A DNA stretch of 64,000 nt from Thermoplasmata archaeon (lineage in GTDB: Archaea; Thermoplasmatota; Thermoplasmata; Lutacidiplasmatales; UBA184). Made by a program: the position numbers and the translations under genes. Positions 1 through 8,927 of the stretch are shown here, in pieces. The stretch's first letter is position 1; each line of letters starts with the position of its first letter. Under the pieces are notes generated by a model that was given only the letters and a program-made list of their open reading frames with translations, was not told the DNA's origin and did not search any database. The stretch covers positions 1-64,000 of the forward strand of contig JAGWLG010000010.1 of assembly GCA_028864975.1 (NCBI GenBank), in the 5' to 3' direction.

Positions 1-142
1 CTTCCGCGCGCCGGAGGACAAGGCCGCCCCCGCCCTCGACAAGACGCTCCTGCCGATGGTGGACCGAGCCCCCGCGACGACCGACATCTCGCTCGAGCAC
101 AACCTTCCGAAGTACCAGAAACTGCTCAATTCCTTCGCGTGA
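1..142 (+). CDS. 3' end of an unidentified CDS (partial, runs off the window edge)
   Basis: Open frame from position 2 (FRAPEDK...KLLNSFA) ending at TGA 140-142, with GC3-rich codons. Product not recognised. Confidence 0.55.
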   Translation, partial: FRAPEDKAAPALDKTLLPMVDRAPATTDISLEHNLPKYQKLLNSFA

Positions 143-238
143 GGGACCGCCTTCCGTCCTCTGACCCGACAGGCCGGGCGACGCCATCGAGATGAGCTGG
201 CTCGGTTGCCCTCGAGCGAACGGGAGTACGGGTCGTGC

Positions 239-1594
239 ATGGTCTGGGTGGGGATCGACGACACGGACTCTCCGAAGGGGGGGTGCACGACCTGGGTCCT
301 CTCCGAGGTGCTGCGCAGGGTCGCCCGGGAGGGGGACGGCATCGACCTGATCGGTCCTCCACGCCTGGTCCGCTTGAACCCGAACATCCCATGGAAGACC
401 CGAGGGAACGCCGCGCTCGCGGCGAGGTTCGGGCGGGGACGCGGCCCTTCGCATCGCGTGGGAGCTTCGAGAGGGGTCCCCCTTCTCGCCCACGACCGGG
501 CCGACCCGCTTCGCCCTCCTCAAGTGGACCGTCTCTGGGAGATCGTCCTCGACGTGGTCGCTCGGGCCTCGGACCGGAGCGAGCCCGGGACCGACCCGAC
601 GGTGGTCCTCGCCCCAGGCGCCCTTCCTTCCGAGCTCTATTGGAGGGCCGTGCGAGAGGTGGTCCCCTGGCGCGAGGTGCGCGAAGAGCTCCTCAAGGTG
701 AAGGGGCTCCGCTTCGCCGCCTACGGTTCGGGCCAAGGTCTCGTCGGGGCGACCGCGGCCATCTCCTGGCCCGGGAGACGCGCGACCTGGGAGGCGATCG
801 CCTATCGGGGGCCCTCCCGATGGGGCACGCCGCGCCATGTGGATGGCGAGAGCGTGCGACGGGTGGCCGAGCGTTACGAGGAGACCTTCCTCTCTTTCGA
901 TGAGAGGACGCGCCGGACCCTCGTCGCGCCCCACACCCCCTGTCCCATCCTCTTCGGCCTCAGGGCACTGACCCCGTCGCGCCTTCCGCGGGCGGTCGAG
1001 GAGATCGAGGCGGGCGAGGAGCTCGATCGGTGGGTCCTCTTCCGCACGAACCAGGCGACGGGCGACCACCTCCTCCCTCGTCCGCTCTCCGAGACCTCGC
1101 CGGGGACCTCGGGGGTCTATCAGGGCGTGGTCGCGCGAGCGCCGGAGCCTCTCCCCGGTGGCCATGTGCTGCTCACGCTCTCGGACGACGGACTCTCCCT
1201 CGGCTGCGTGGCGTTCGAGCCGACCAAGACGCTCCCTCGCCTGGCGCGGGAGCTCCTGCCGGGCGATCAGGTACGGGTCTGGGGCTCCTACCCGTGCGAG
1301 CGAGTGGGTGCGCGAAGGCTCCGTCTTGAGGGAATGGAGCTCCTCAGGGCCCGACCTCTCTGGCTGAAGAGGCACAACCCTCGCTGCCCCCGATGCCAGA
1401 AGCGCATGCGCTCCCTGGGAGCCGGCAAGGGGTTCCGATGCGGAGCGTGCGGAGGTAGGTCCCCTCCGGAGTCGGCGAGCGGCACGTGGCTTCCTCGCTC
1501 GCATCTCCAAGGGGTCTACCTCCCCACCCCTTCCGCCCGCCGCCATCTCGCCCCTCTGAGGGCGCCTCGTCCCCGGGGTCGCCCAGCCTTATAG
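239..1594 (+). CDS. tiaS: tRNA(Ile2) agmatinylcytidine synthase TiaS
   Basis: N-terminal VGIDDTD..GGCTT and RLNPNIPWKTRGN motifs, PHTPCPILFG, FRTNQATGDH, an OB-fold region and a C-terminal CxxC..CxxC zinc ribbon. Start moved to ATG 239. Confidence 0.95.
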   Translation: MVWVGIDDTDSPKGGCTTWVLSEVLRRVAREGDGIDLIGPPRLVRLNPNIPWKTRGNAALAARFGRGRGPSHRVGASRGVPLLAHDRADPLRPPQVDRLWEIVLDVVARASDRSEPGTDPTVVLAPGALPSELYWRAVREVVPWREVREELLKVKGLRFAAYGSGQGLVGATAAISWPGRRATWEAIAYRGPSRWGTPRHVDGESVRRVAERYEETFLSFDERTRRTLVAPHTPCPILFGLRALTPSRLPRAVEEIEAGEELDRWVLFRTNQATGDHLLPRPLSETSPGTSGVYQGVVARAPEPLPGGHVLLTLSDDGLSLGCVAFEPTKTLPRLARELLPGDQVRVWGSYPCERVGARRLRLEGMELLRARPLWLKRHNPRCPRCQKRMRSLGAGKGFRCGACGGRSPPESASGTWLPRSHLQGVYLPTPSARRHLAPLRAPRPRGRPAL

Positions 1595-1682
1595 GGTCGA
1601 TTCTCGTAGCCAAGACCAGGGTCCTCTCTACGACCGAGGCGAGGTCCTGCAGGCGGACCGGAAGGGAGGGGGAATAGCCACA

Positions 1683-3716
1683 GTGGCCACGCTGAAGTGC
1701 CCCGTGTGCCGGGCCGACCTTCCTACGGACGCTCCAGAGTGCCCGAACTGCGGCCTCCCCAAGGAGCTCTGGCCGACGTCGCCCGAGGCCGGGGGCGGCA
1801 AGGCGAGCTCGACGGACGACCTCTTCGGCGACCTGATGAAGGATCTCGAAGGGATGGACGAGGAGGGAGCGGAAGAGCGCCCCTCGACCCCGAGCCCTGT
1901 TCCGCCCGTGCCTGTCCGTGAGCCTTCCCGCTCCGGACCCCCGGTCTCCCCACGGGGCGACGCGGCTCCCCGGAGCGCCCCCGAGGAACGGCCCGAAGAG
2001 CCTGTCCCCCCCGCTCGTGAGCCCTCGCCCCCGACCCGCTCCCCGCTCCCCCCGACCCCACCGCCCACGCGGTCGCCGGCCGTCCCGCCCGGTTCCTCGA
2101 AGGCCCCGGGGCCGTCGCCCCCTCAGCCGAGACCCGAGCCTCCGGTCGAGGAGGTCGCGGCGGCACCGCCACCCGTTCCCGCCGAGGGCGCGGCGCCCCT
2201 CCCCGCTCCCGAACGGCACCACGCCGGGCATGTCGAGGCCGTAGTCGTGGCCCCTCAGCCCGAGGACGAGGGGATGCCGCTCCAGGTCATCATGGACGAG
2301 GTGACCACCATGATCCAGGTCGGACGGCGCGCGGCCTTCGACATGACCTCGTTCGGACCGACCGCGGCCCGCGCCGTCGGGCTGGTGCGCGCCGGTGCCT
2401 CCGAGGAGGCGCGGAGGATGTTGACCGGGCTCCGCAAGCGCCTCTACGACTACCTCGCCCCCCGTTTCTCGGGCAGGGTGGAGCAGCTCGAGGTGAAGCT
2501 CAATCGCTACCGCACCTTCCTGCGGACCGACCAGGCCTCGGTCCATCTCGAACGTGTGCGAGAGGCCCTCGGCACCGGCGACTTCCAGCGGGCCCAGCTC
2601 GAGCTGCGCCGCCTCGAGGGGGAGACGAACCGTTTGGAGGAGGAGCTGGGTTCGTTGGGGCAGACCCTGGAACAGGTCGACCTCCTGACCGCCGAGGTCG
2701 AGCGCATGGGAGGGGACGCGACCTCCGCGCTGCTCTACCAGGGCAAGGCGCTCGATGCCGCGCGGGCCGGCGACCGGAGGAAGGCGGAAGGGCTGCTCAC
2801 GACCGCCTCGGCGATGCTCCTCGACACGCTCGCTCCGCTCATGGGGAAGGAGCTCATCCATCTCACCGAGCGGATCAAGGTCCTCCGTGGCCACGGGCGG
2901 GACATCCGCGCCGCCGTCGGCCTGATCCGCCAGATCACGGTGGACCTCAAGACCCGGAACTACAGTCGCGGTGTCGCCTCCCTCGCGCGGCTCCGGGAGG
3001 AGGTCGCCCGCCAGGAGGAGGCCGTCCAGAGGGCCAAGGGGGAGAGCGCGGGGAGTGCCGCCCCTTCTCCCGCGCCGCAAGAGCCGGTCAGGGTCAAGAT
3101 CAAGGGCAAAGGGAGCGCCGTGGCGGTCTCCTCCTCAGGAGAGGTCGTGGGCTCGAGCGCCCCGTCGCCTCCTGCAGCCGCCTCCGTTCCTCCACCGGTC
3201 CGCGAAGCCCCCACGCCGCCGGTCCCCGCCCCCAAGAGCGAAGAGCCTGTGCCTGCCCTCGAGGTGAAACCGGGGCGCTCCTATCTGCTCTACGAGCAGC
3301 GGGCGAGGAAGGGGGCCCAGATCTTCATCAAGCTCATGCAGAGGAAGAACGGGCTCTTCCTCACGACGACCTTCCCCCCGCGCATCACCGAGGAGACCCC
3401 GTTGCGCGGCGCCGAGGTCGTCTGGCTCTCGGAGTCCCCCGGTTGGGAGGACTCGCTCAACCCCCGTGCGCTCGAGCACGAGGTGGCCGCCAGGATCCAC
3501 GCGTTCTTCCGCAGCGAGAACGCGGGGGCGATCGCCGTGGACGGGCTCGCCTACATCATCTCGGAGAACGGGGTCGACACCGTGGAGAAGTTCCTCAAGA
3601 GCGTCCTGGACACCGCGGCGGCCAAGGGCATCGGGGTCGTCGCCACGCTCGCCCCGGGAGGGATCGAGCCCAAAGCCCAGGCCCGACTGGCCTCCTTGTT
3701 CGATTACGCACAGTGA
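1683..3716 (+). CDS. Zinc-ribbon / Pro-rich / helical-repeat protein with C-terminal DUF835 domain
   Basis: N-terminal CPVC..CPNC, long Pro-rich linkers and a helical middle. The C-terminal ~150 aa (SYLLYE..GLFLTT..VVWLS..AVDGLAYIISENG) has the DUF835 pattern. Confidence 0.8.
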   Translation: MATLKCPVCRADLPTDAPECPNCGLPKELWPTSPEAGGGKASSTDDLFGDLMKDLEGMDEEGAEERPSTPSPVPPVPVREPSRSGPPVSPRGDAAPRSAPEERPEEPVPPAREPSPPTRSPLPPTPPPTRSPAVPPGSSKAPGPSPPQPRPEPPVEEVAAAPPPVPAEGAAPLPAPERHHAGHVEAVVVAPQPEDEGMPLQVIMDEVTTMIQVGRRAAFDMTSFGPTAARAVGLVRAGASEEARRMLTGLRKRLYDYLAPRFSGRVEQLEVKLNRYRTFLRTDQASVHLERVREALGTGDFQRAQLELRRLEGETNRLEEELGSLGQTLEQVDLLTAEVERMGGDATSALLYQGKALDAARAGDRRKAEGLLTTASAMLLDTLAPLMGKELIHLTERIKVLRGHGRDIRAAVGLIRQITVDLKTRNYSRGVASLARLREEVARQEEAVQRAKGESAGSAAPSPAPQEPVRVKIKGKGSAVAVSSSGEVVGSSAPSPPAAASVPPPVREAPTPPVPAPKSEEPVPALEVKPGRSYLLYEQRARKGAQIFIKLMQRKNGLFLTTTFPPRITEETPLRGAEVVWLSESPGWEDSLNPRALEHEVAARIHAFFRSENAGAIAVDGLAYIISENGVDTVEKFLKSVLDTAAAKGIGVVATLAPGGIEPKAQARLASLFDYAQ

Positions 3717-3968
3717 CTTCCTCCCCCCGAATCCCTCTCGGACCGGAGGCGGCCGCCGTCCGTCGCCCGCGCGACCGGAGTCCTCCGCCCCACGTGCTCG
3801 ACCGATAGGGCGCGCCGTTCTCGAGCCTTGGGGAGCCTTCCTTCCGCTCGCCCGCCCGGGCCGCCGTCTCCCCTCCCTCCCGGTTCCGTGTCGGATGGGG
3901 CGGTCCTCCTTGCCTCGAAAGGTCGCCGCCGAAGGGCTTACCTAGGGGGTCGTGCGTAGCGGGTCCCC

Positions 3969-4259
3969 GTGAGCGGAATCGAGGCCAAGGAGGTCGCCGA
4001 GCGCGTCAAGTTCGTCTTCGGGGATGTCGCGGAGAAGATCCTGCAGATCGAGGAGCAGCGGCTCGGGATCCGTCCCCCAACCCCTCTCAAACCGGAGGAC
4101 CTGAGACGCCTCGCCGAGGAGCTTCGTGAGCTCTCGGTCCGGATGGCGGGGGAGGAGCTCTCCAAACGCCTCTACCAGGAGATCATGACGCTCGCCTCGG
4201 AGGGGGAGTCTTCTGAGAAGGGCTCGGGGGCGACCGCGAGGTCCCGGAGAGGACCATGA
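3969..4259 (+). CDS. Small helical hypothetical protein coupled to the KaiC-like ATPase
   Basis: GTG start, typical codon bias, ATGA overlap with the next gene. Confidence 0.7.
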   Translation: MSGIEAKEVAERVKFVFGDVAEKILQIEEQRLGIRPPTPLKPEDLRRLAEELRELSVRMAGEELSKRLYQEIMTLASEGESSEKGSGATARSRRGP

Positions 4260-4978
4260 GCCCGGTCGCCATCGAGCGCATCCCGACCTTCGTCGAGGGG
4301 CTCGACCCCCGGATGGGAGGTGGGATCCCCAAGGGCTCGGTCATCCTCATCGAGGGGAGCGCCGGCTGCATGAAGAGCTCGCTCTCCTACAACATCCTCT
4401 TCCAGAACGCGCTCCACCATTCCCGCAATGGCCTCTACCTCACGATCGAGCAACCCCGCAAGGACATCGAGGACCAGATGGCGGCCCTCGGGATGGACAA
4501 GGCCGTCGACAAGGCGCTGGACAGTCGGCTCACGGTCATCGACCTGGGCGAGCTCCGGGCCTTCCTCTCGGAGGCGCAGGAGAGCGAGCTCGACGTGGAC
4601 TGGTTCCGCAGCGTGCTCAACCAGGTCAACAGCTTCCGACGGGACCACCCGCTCGACCTCTTCGTCCTGGACTCGCTGAACGGGCTGCTCGCCCTGTGCG
4701 CCCGGGAGAACCCGCGACTGGAGATCTTCCATTTCATCAAGGAGCTCAAGAGCTACCCGATGACCTCCATCCTCATCTCCGAGGTCGCCCCGGGGACGGC
4801 CTGGTCCGGTGGACCGCAGGGGTTCCTCGCCGACGGCATCATCCACCTGGAAGCGAAGCGGGTCGAGGACATCCTGAGGCTCCAGCTCGGGGTCGTGAAG
4901 ATGCGGAAGACCGCTCACGAGAAGCAGTACTTCCCGTTCCTGGTGCGCAAGGGCGGGTTCGAGATCGTGGGGAAATAG
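4256..4978 (+). CDS. KaiC/RAD55-family single-domain RecA-fold ATPase
   Basis: IPTFVEGLD..GGIPKGSVILIEG, Walker A variant GSAGCMKS, Walker B LFVLDS, C-terminal DGIIHL and VVKMRKTAH. Confidence 0.9.
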   Translation: MSPVAIERIPTFVEGLDPRMGGGIPKGSVILIEGSAGCMKSSLSYNILFQNALHHSRNGLYLTIEQPRKDIEDQMAALGMDKAVDKALDSRLTVIDLGELRAFLSEAQESELDVDWFRSVLNQVNSFRRDHPLDLFVLDSLNGLLALCARENPRLEIFHFIKELKSYPMTSILISEVAPGTAWSGGPQGFLADGIIHLEAKRVEDILRLQLGVVKMRKTAHEKQYFPFLVRKGGFEIVGK

Positions 4979-5104
4979 CCTCGGAGCCCCCCTCCCGAGT
5001 TTTATCTCCCTCAAGGGGCTTCCAGCCCGACGCATGCGGTCCTGGCCCGGGAGTCCCACATTTCCTCGAGACCCACCGGAAGCAAGGAGCCCGCGACGGT
5101 AGGG

Positions 5105-7792
5105 GTGCGAAGGCACGTGGTCGACCCGGCCTCCGACCGAGGGCATGCTGCGGGAGGCGGCCGGTCGGCGTCCTCTCCCCCGGGGCCGTCTTCCTCCGCC
5201 TCGAAGGCCGTGGACCGTCGGACCCAGCTCCTGCTGAGGGCCGGGCGCCACCTCCATCGCGAGGTGTCCCGTCGTCAGCGCGCGGAGCTGCGCGCCGCGC
5301 TGGAATCGGCCGTCACGCGCGTGATGACCTCTTCCCCCAACTTCACGGACGCCCTCCCCCATCTCGCCAAGGCGCTCTGCCTGGGAGGGAGCTGGGACGC
5401 GGTCGAGCACTGGACCATGGACAATGCGACCGGCGGGGTCGTCTGGGCCGGCCTGTTCGCCCGGGCGGGGCAAGACCTCCGGGGGCTCCAAACGGTGAGC
5501 GAGCACCTGAAGCTAGGGTCGGGAGACGGTATCCCGGGCCAAGTGCTCCGGGACGGCAAGCCCCTCTGGTCGAGGGCCGTCGCGAAGGAGACGCCCGGCC
5601 CCCGGGGGTCGGCCCTGAAGAAGGCCGGGATGTCCACCTCGCTCTCCCTCGCCTTCCGCGGCGGCGAGGGGACGGTGGGCGTCCTCACCCTGTACCGCCG
5701 CGAGGACCAACCGGAGAACCCCGAGGAGGTCGACTACCTGGGCCGCATCCTCCAGCAGGTCGCCCGGCTCGGCTCCTGGAAGTGGGGGGCCCAAGCCCAG
5801 AGCGAGGTCGAGGACCGCTTCAAGGACTTCGTCGAGTCCTATCCGCTCCCGGTCTTCGTCTGCGACGTGACCGGTCGGATCCGGTTCGTCTCGGACTCGA
5901 TGCAGAAGCTCCTGGGACGGGAGCTCCTGACCGCGCGCTCCTCCGTCCATGACCTCCCGAAAGGCCTCCCGCTCTACGTGGCGGGGACGAGCGAGGTGTA
6001 CCCGGTCCTGAAGCTCCCCTTCGTCCGCGCCCTCGCGGGGGAGGCCTCCTACGCGGACGACCTCGAGGTGCGTCGCGACGGAAGGAGCTCGTTCATGGAG
6101 GCGTGGTCCTCCCCGCTACGGGGGCGCTCCGGAGAGGTCGAGTACGCGATCGGGGTCGTCATCAACACCACCGCGCTCCGTCGTCAGCGCGAGGAGTTGG
6201 AGAAGGCTCGGGAGGCCGCGCTCGCCGCCGACCGGGCGAAGAGCGACTTCGTCTCGCGGATGAGCCACGAGATCCGGACCCCTCTCAATGCCATCCTGGG
6301 CTCCGTCGACCTGCTGTGGGAGACCCCGCTCACGCAGGACCAACAGGAGTACGTGCGACTGTGCCGCGACGCGGGGCAAGGGCTCATGAGCCTCATCTCG
6401 AACGTCCTCGACCTCTCCCGCGTCGAAGCGGGGAAGCTCGAGCTCGCGGAGACCCCCTTCGGGCTCGAGGAGTTCGTCGAGCGGACGGTGGAGCTCTTCT
6501 CGTTGCGGGCCCATCAGAAGGGGCTCGAGCTCACCTCCTACGTCGAGCCCGGGGTCCCGGAGCGGATCGTCGGCGACCCGGTGCGCTTGCGGCAGATCCT
6601 GGTGAACCTCATGGGCAACGCGCTCAAGTTCACCGACAAGGGCCACATCTCGATCCGCGTGCGCCACGACCCGGGCTCCCAGGACCCCGGCTATCTCTTC
6701 TTCTCCGTCCAGGACACCGGGATCGGCATCCCGGCCGACCGGAAGGAGGCCATCTTCGACCGGTTCGTGCAGGCGAAGGCCTCCACGGCCGCGGAGTACG
6801 GGGGCAGCGGGCTCGGGCTCACCATCACGAGGCACCTGGTCGAGCTCATGGGCGGGAGGATCTGGGTGGAGAGCGCCGAGGGCGAAGGCTCCACCTTCAA
6901 CTTCCTGATCCACGTCAAGGTCGCCCAGGGCTCCCCCATCCGTTCGGCTCGCCCCGAGCTCAAGGGGCTGCGTGTGCTGGTCGTCGACGGCAGCGCCGTC
7001 GACCGGCAGTCCATCCACGGTCTCCTGGAGGAGCTCGCCTCCTCCGTGAGCTTGGCCGAGTCCTCGAAGGAAGCGACCGATCAGATCGCCCAGGCCCGGG
7101 GGGAGGGGAACCCCTTCCAGCTGATCCTCTTGGGGGACCGCCTGTCGGACGGGGGGACCCTCTCCCTCGCGAAGGAACTCTCGAAGGACGGCCAGGCCTC
7201 GCACGTGGTCTTCCTGCCGAGCCCCGGGAAGGCGAAGGAGTCCGCGCCCGAGCTCCGCGCCCTGGGGATCGTGAACGTCGTATCGAAGCCCCTCGACCGC
7301 CAGACGTTCCTCGCCAGCCTCGCGAACGCGGCGAGGGCCGCGAAGGTCCTTCCGAAGCCCCCGCGTCGGATCTCCCGGGGCCCGAACGTCGCGACCCCGA
7401 ACCTGGAAGGGCTCCGCCTGCTGGTCGCGGAGGACAGCGAGGACAATCGGTTCCTGCTCCAGCGCTTCCTGAGGAACACCGCCTGCCGCATCGAGGTGGC
7501 CGAGAACGGGAAGGTCGCGCTCGACAAGTTCCAGAGAGGAGAGTACGACCTGGTGCTGATGGACCTTCAGATGCCGTTCATGGACGGCTACGCGGCGACC
7601 CGGGAGATCCGCGCCTTCGAACGCCGTCGCGGCCTCAACCCGACCCCGATCATCGCGCTCAGCGCCTACGCCATCAAGGAGGAGATCGAGAAGAGCCTCG
7701 CCGCAGGGTGCGACGCCCACGTGACGAAGCCCATCGACAAAGCGAAGCTCTTCGAGATCTTGGGCAATTTCGGCAAGAAGGCGGAGGCCTAG
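5105..7792 (+). CDS. Hybrid sensor histidine kinase (GAF-PAS-HisKA-HATPase-REC-REC)
   Basis: H-box FVSRMSHEIRTPLNAILG, N-box LRQILVNLMGNALKFT, G1 VQDTGIGI, G2 GGSGLGL and C-terminal receiver YDLVLMDLQMPFMDG..TKP. GAF-like and PAS-like segments lie upstream. Exact start uncertain. Confidence 0.93.
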   Translation: MRRHVVDPASDRGHAAGGGRSASSPPGPSSSASKAVDRRTQLLLRAGRHLHREVSRRQRAELRAALESAVTRVMTSSPNFTDALPHLAKALCLGGSWDAVEHWTMDNATGGVVWAGLFARAGQDLRGLQTVSEHLKLGSGDGIPGQVLRDGKPLWSRAVAKETPGPRGSALKKAGMSTSLSLAFRGGEGTVGVLTLYRREDQPENPEEVDYLGRILQQVARLGSWKWGAQAQSEVEDRFKDFVESYPLPVFVCDVTGRIRFVSDSMQKLLGRELLTARSSVHDLPKGLPLYVAGTSEVYPVLKLPFVRALAGEASYADDLEVRRDGRSSFMEAWSSPLRGRSGEVEYAIGVVINTTALRRQREELEKAREAALAADRAKSDFVSRMSHEIRTPLNAILGSVDLLWETPLTQDQQEYVRLCRDAGQGLMSLISNVLDLSRVEAGKLELAETPFGLEEFVERTVELFSLRAHQKGLELTSYVEPGVPERIVGDPVRLRQILVNLMGNALKFTDKGHISIRVRHDPGSQDPGYLFFSVQDTGIGIPADRKEAIFDRFVQAKASTAAEYGGSGLGLTITRHLVELMGGRIWVESAEGEGSTFNFLIHVKVAQGSPIRSARPELKGLRVLVVDGSAVDRQSIHGLLEELASSVSLAESSKEATDQIAQARGEGNPFQLILLGDRLSDGGTLSLAKELSKDGQASHVVFLPSPGKAKESAPELRALGIVNVVSKPLDRQTFLASLANAARAAKVLPKPPRRISRGPNVATPNLEGLRLLVAEDSEDNRFLLQRFLRNTACRIEVAENGKVALDKFQRGEYDLVLMDLQMPFMDGYAATREIRAFERRRGLNPTPIIALSAYAIKEEIEKSLAAGCDAHVTKPIDKAKLFEILGNFGKKAEA

Positions 7793-7806
7793 CGAGAGGC
7801 GCACCC

Positions 7807-8187
7807 ATGCCCGAGGAAGGACCCCGAGGACCCAGCTCCGCCGCAGGTCCCCCCGCTCTCAGGGAGGGCGAGGGCCCCCCGGGCTCGTCCGAGCCCTTCA
7901 AGGTCGAGATCGATCAGGACCTGGAGGACCTGGTCCCCCAGTACCTCGAGAACAAGAAGAAGGACGCCCAGAAGATCCGGGTGGCCCTTGACCAGGGCGA
8001 CTTCAACACGGTGCGGATCCTGGGCCACTCGATGGCCGGTAGCGGGGGCGGCTACGGGTTCGCGGGGATCACACGGATCGGCCGCAATCTGGAGAAGCTG
8101 GCGACGGAGAAGAACGCCGACGGCGCCCGGGCCGCGGTCCGGGAGCTCGAGCTCTACCTCTCGAGGGTCGTCGTAGAGTACGTCTGA
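7807..8187 (+). CDS. Stand-alone Hpt (histidine phosphotransfer) protein
   Basis: In the 3' part of ORF 6103..8187, from ATG 7807: DLVPQYL..GDFNTVRILGHSMAGSGGGYGF..IGRNLE matches the Hpt helix bundle with its conserved His. Confidence 0.88.
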   Translation: MPEEGPRGPSSAAGPPALREGEGPPGSSEPFKVEIDQDLEDLVPQYLENKKKDAQKIRVALDQGDFNTVRILGHSMAGSGGGYGFAGITRIGRNLEKLATEKNADGARAAVRELELYLSRVVVEYV

Positions 8188-8327
8188 GCGCCCCGGGTCG
8201 CCCATGAAGCGACCGCGACCTGCCCCCGAAGGGGCCGCTCCGGTCCCCCGAGCTGCAAGGGGGAGGGAGGCCAACGCCCCGTTCAGGAACGTCGGTGGGC
8301 TCGAGCCTTTGCTCGCCTCGAGGGGCC

Positions 8328-8897
8328 CTACCGCGGTGGTCGCGGTGCCGTGAGCTCCCGTTCCAGCAGGCCCTTGAGCTGGGAGAGCCCTCGAAGCGTG
8401 TTGGCCCTGACCCGCGCCCCAAGCTCCTCCTCGAGCCGCTTTCGCGCGCCCTTGAACAGCCGGCGTTCTGGCACGAGCTCGAACCGGAAGCTCACCTCGG
8501 TGCCGCTCCAGTCCGGGCGCCCGAGAAGCTCGAAGACCACGCGGCCGAACCTGCGTCGGTACCTCTGCGCCCCCCGCTCCTCCGGGTCCTCCCCGGTCTC
8601 GTGAAGGACACCGCTCAAGGACAGACGGCAGGGCTCCTCGACGACGAGCGAGCCGGAGAGCAGGCGAGAGCGTCCCGCGAGGACGATACGCCCTTCGATG
8701 GTCACGAGCTCTCCCTGGACGAAGACCCGATCGTAGCCGTCCGGGGAGAGCGGGAACCCCAGGGCGTCCGCCTGGAAGAGCGAACGGGCGAGCAGGTGGT
8801 CCCGGACGATCTCGACCGGCGCGCGAACATGCATGCCCCCGGAGAAGACGATGGCGTCGCCTCCATCTTCCGGTTCGACCGCCTCGCTCGAGAGCAC
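8328..8897 (-). CDS. Hypothetical protein, possible SRPBCC/START fold
   Basis: HVRAPVEIVRDHL near the N-terminus and LSQLKGLLE at the C-terminal helix resemble SRPBCC proteins. Confidence 0.55.
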   Translation of the reverse strand: MLSSEAVEPEDGGDAIVFSGGMHVRAPVEIVRDHLLARSLFQADALGFPLSPDGYDRVFVQGELVTIEGRIVLAGRSRLLSGSLVVEEPCRLSLSGVLHETGEDPEERGAQRYRRRFGRVVFELLGRPDWSGTEVSFRFELVPERRLFKGARKRLEEELGARVRANTLRGLSQLKGLLERELTAPRPPR

Positions 8898-8927
8898 TTG
8901 CTTATCCCGGCCCCGTCGGAGCGGGGC

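Noticed and set aside
1344-3080. Long minus-strand ORF and similar ones (e.g. 4172..5506, 6116..7804, 23442..25646, 36436..38781, 39850..41862)
   Set aside because: They overlap well-supported genes on the opposite strand or frame, show R/G/P/A-biased composition and have no motifs, as expected for shadow ORFs in high-GC DNA.
4256-4978. Circadian clock KaiC
   Set aside because: Single domain, no kaiA or kaiB nearby, and no recognisable C-terminal phosphosite region. It fits the archaeal KaiC/RAD55-like family.
6103-7806. Apparent 694-aa protein ending in an Hpt domain
   Set aside because: The first ~568 codons are an off-frame reading of the kinase. The Hpt gene starts at 7807.
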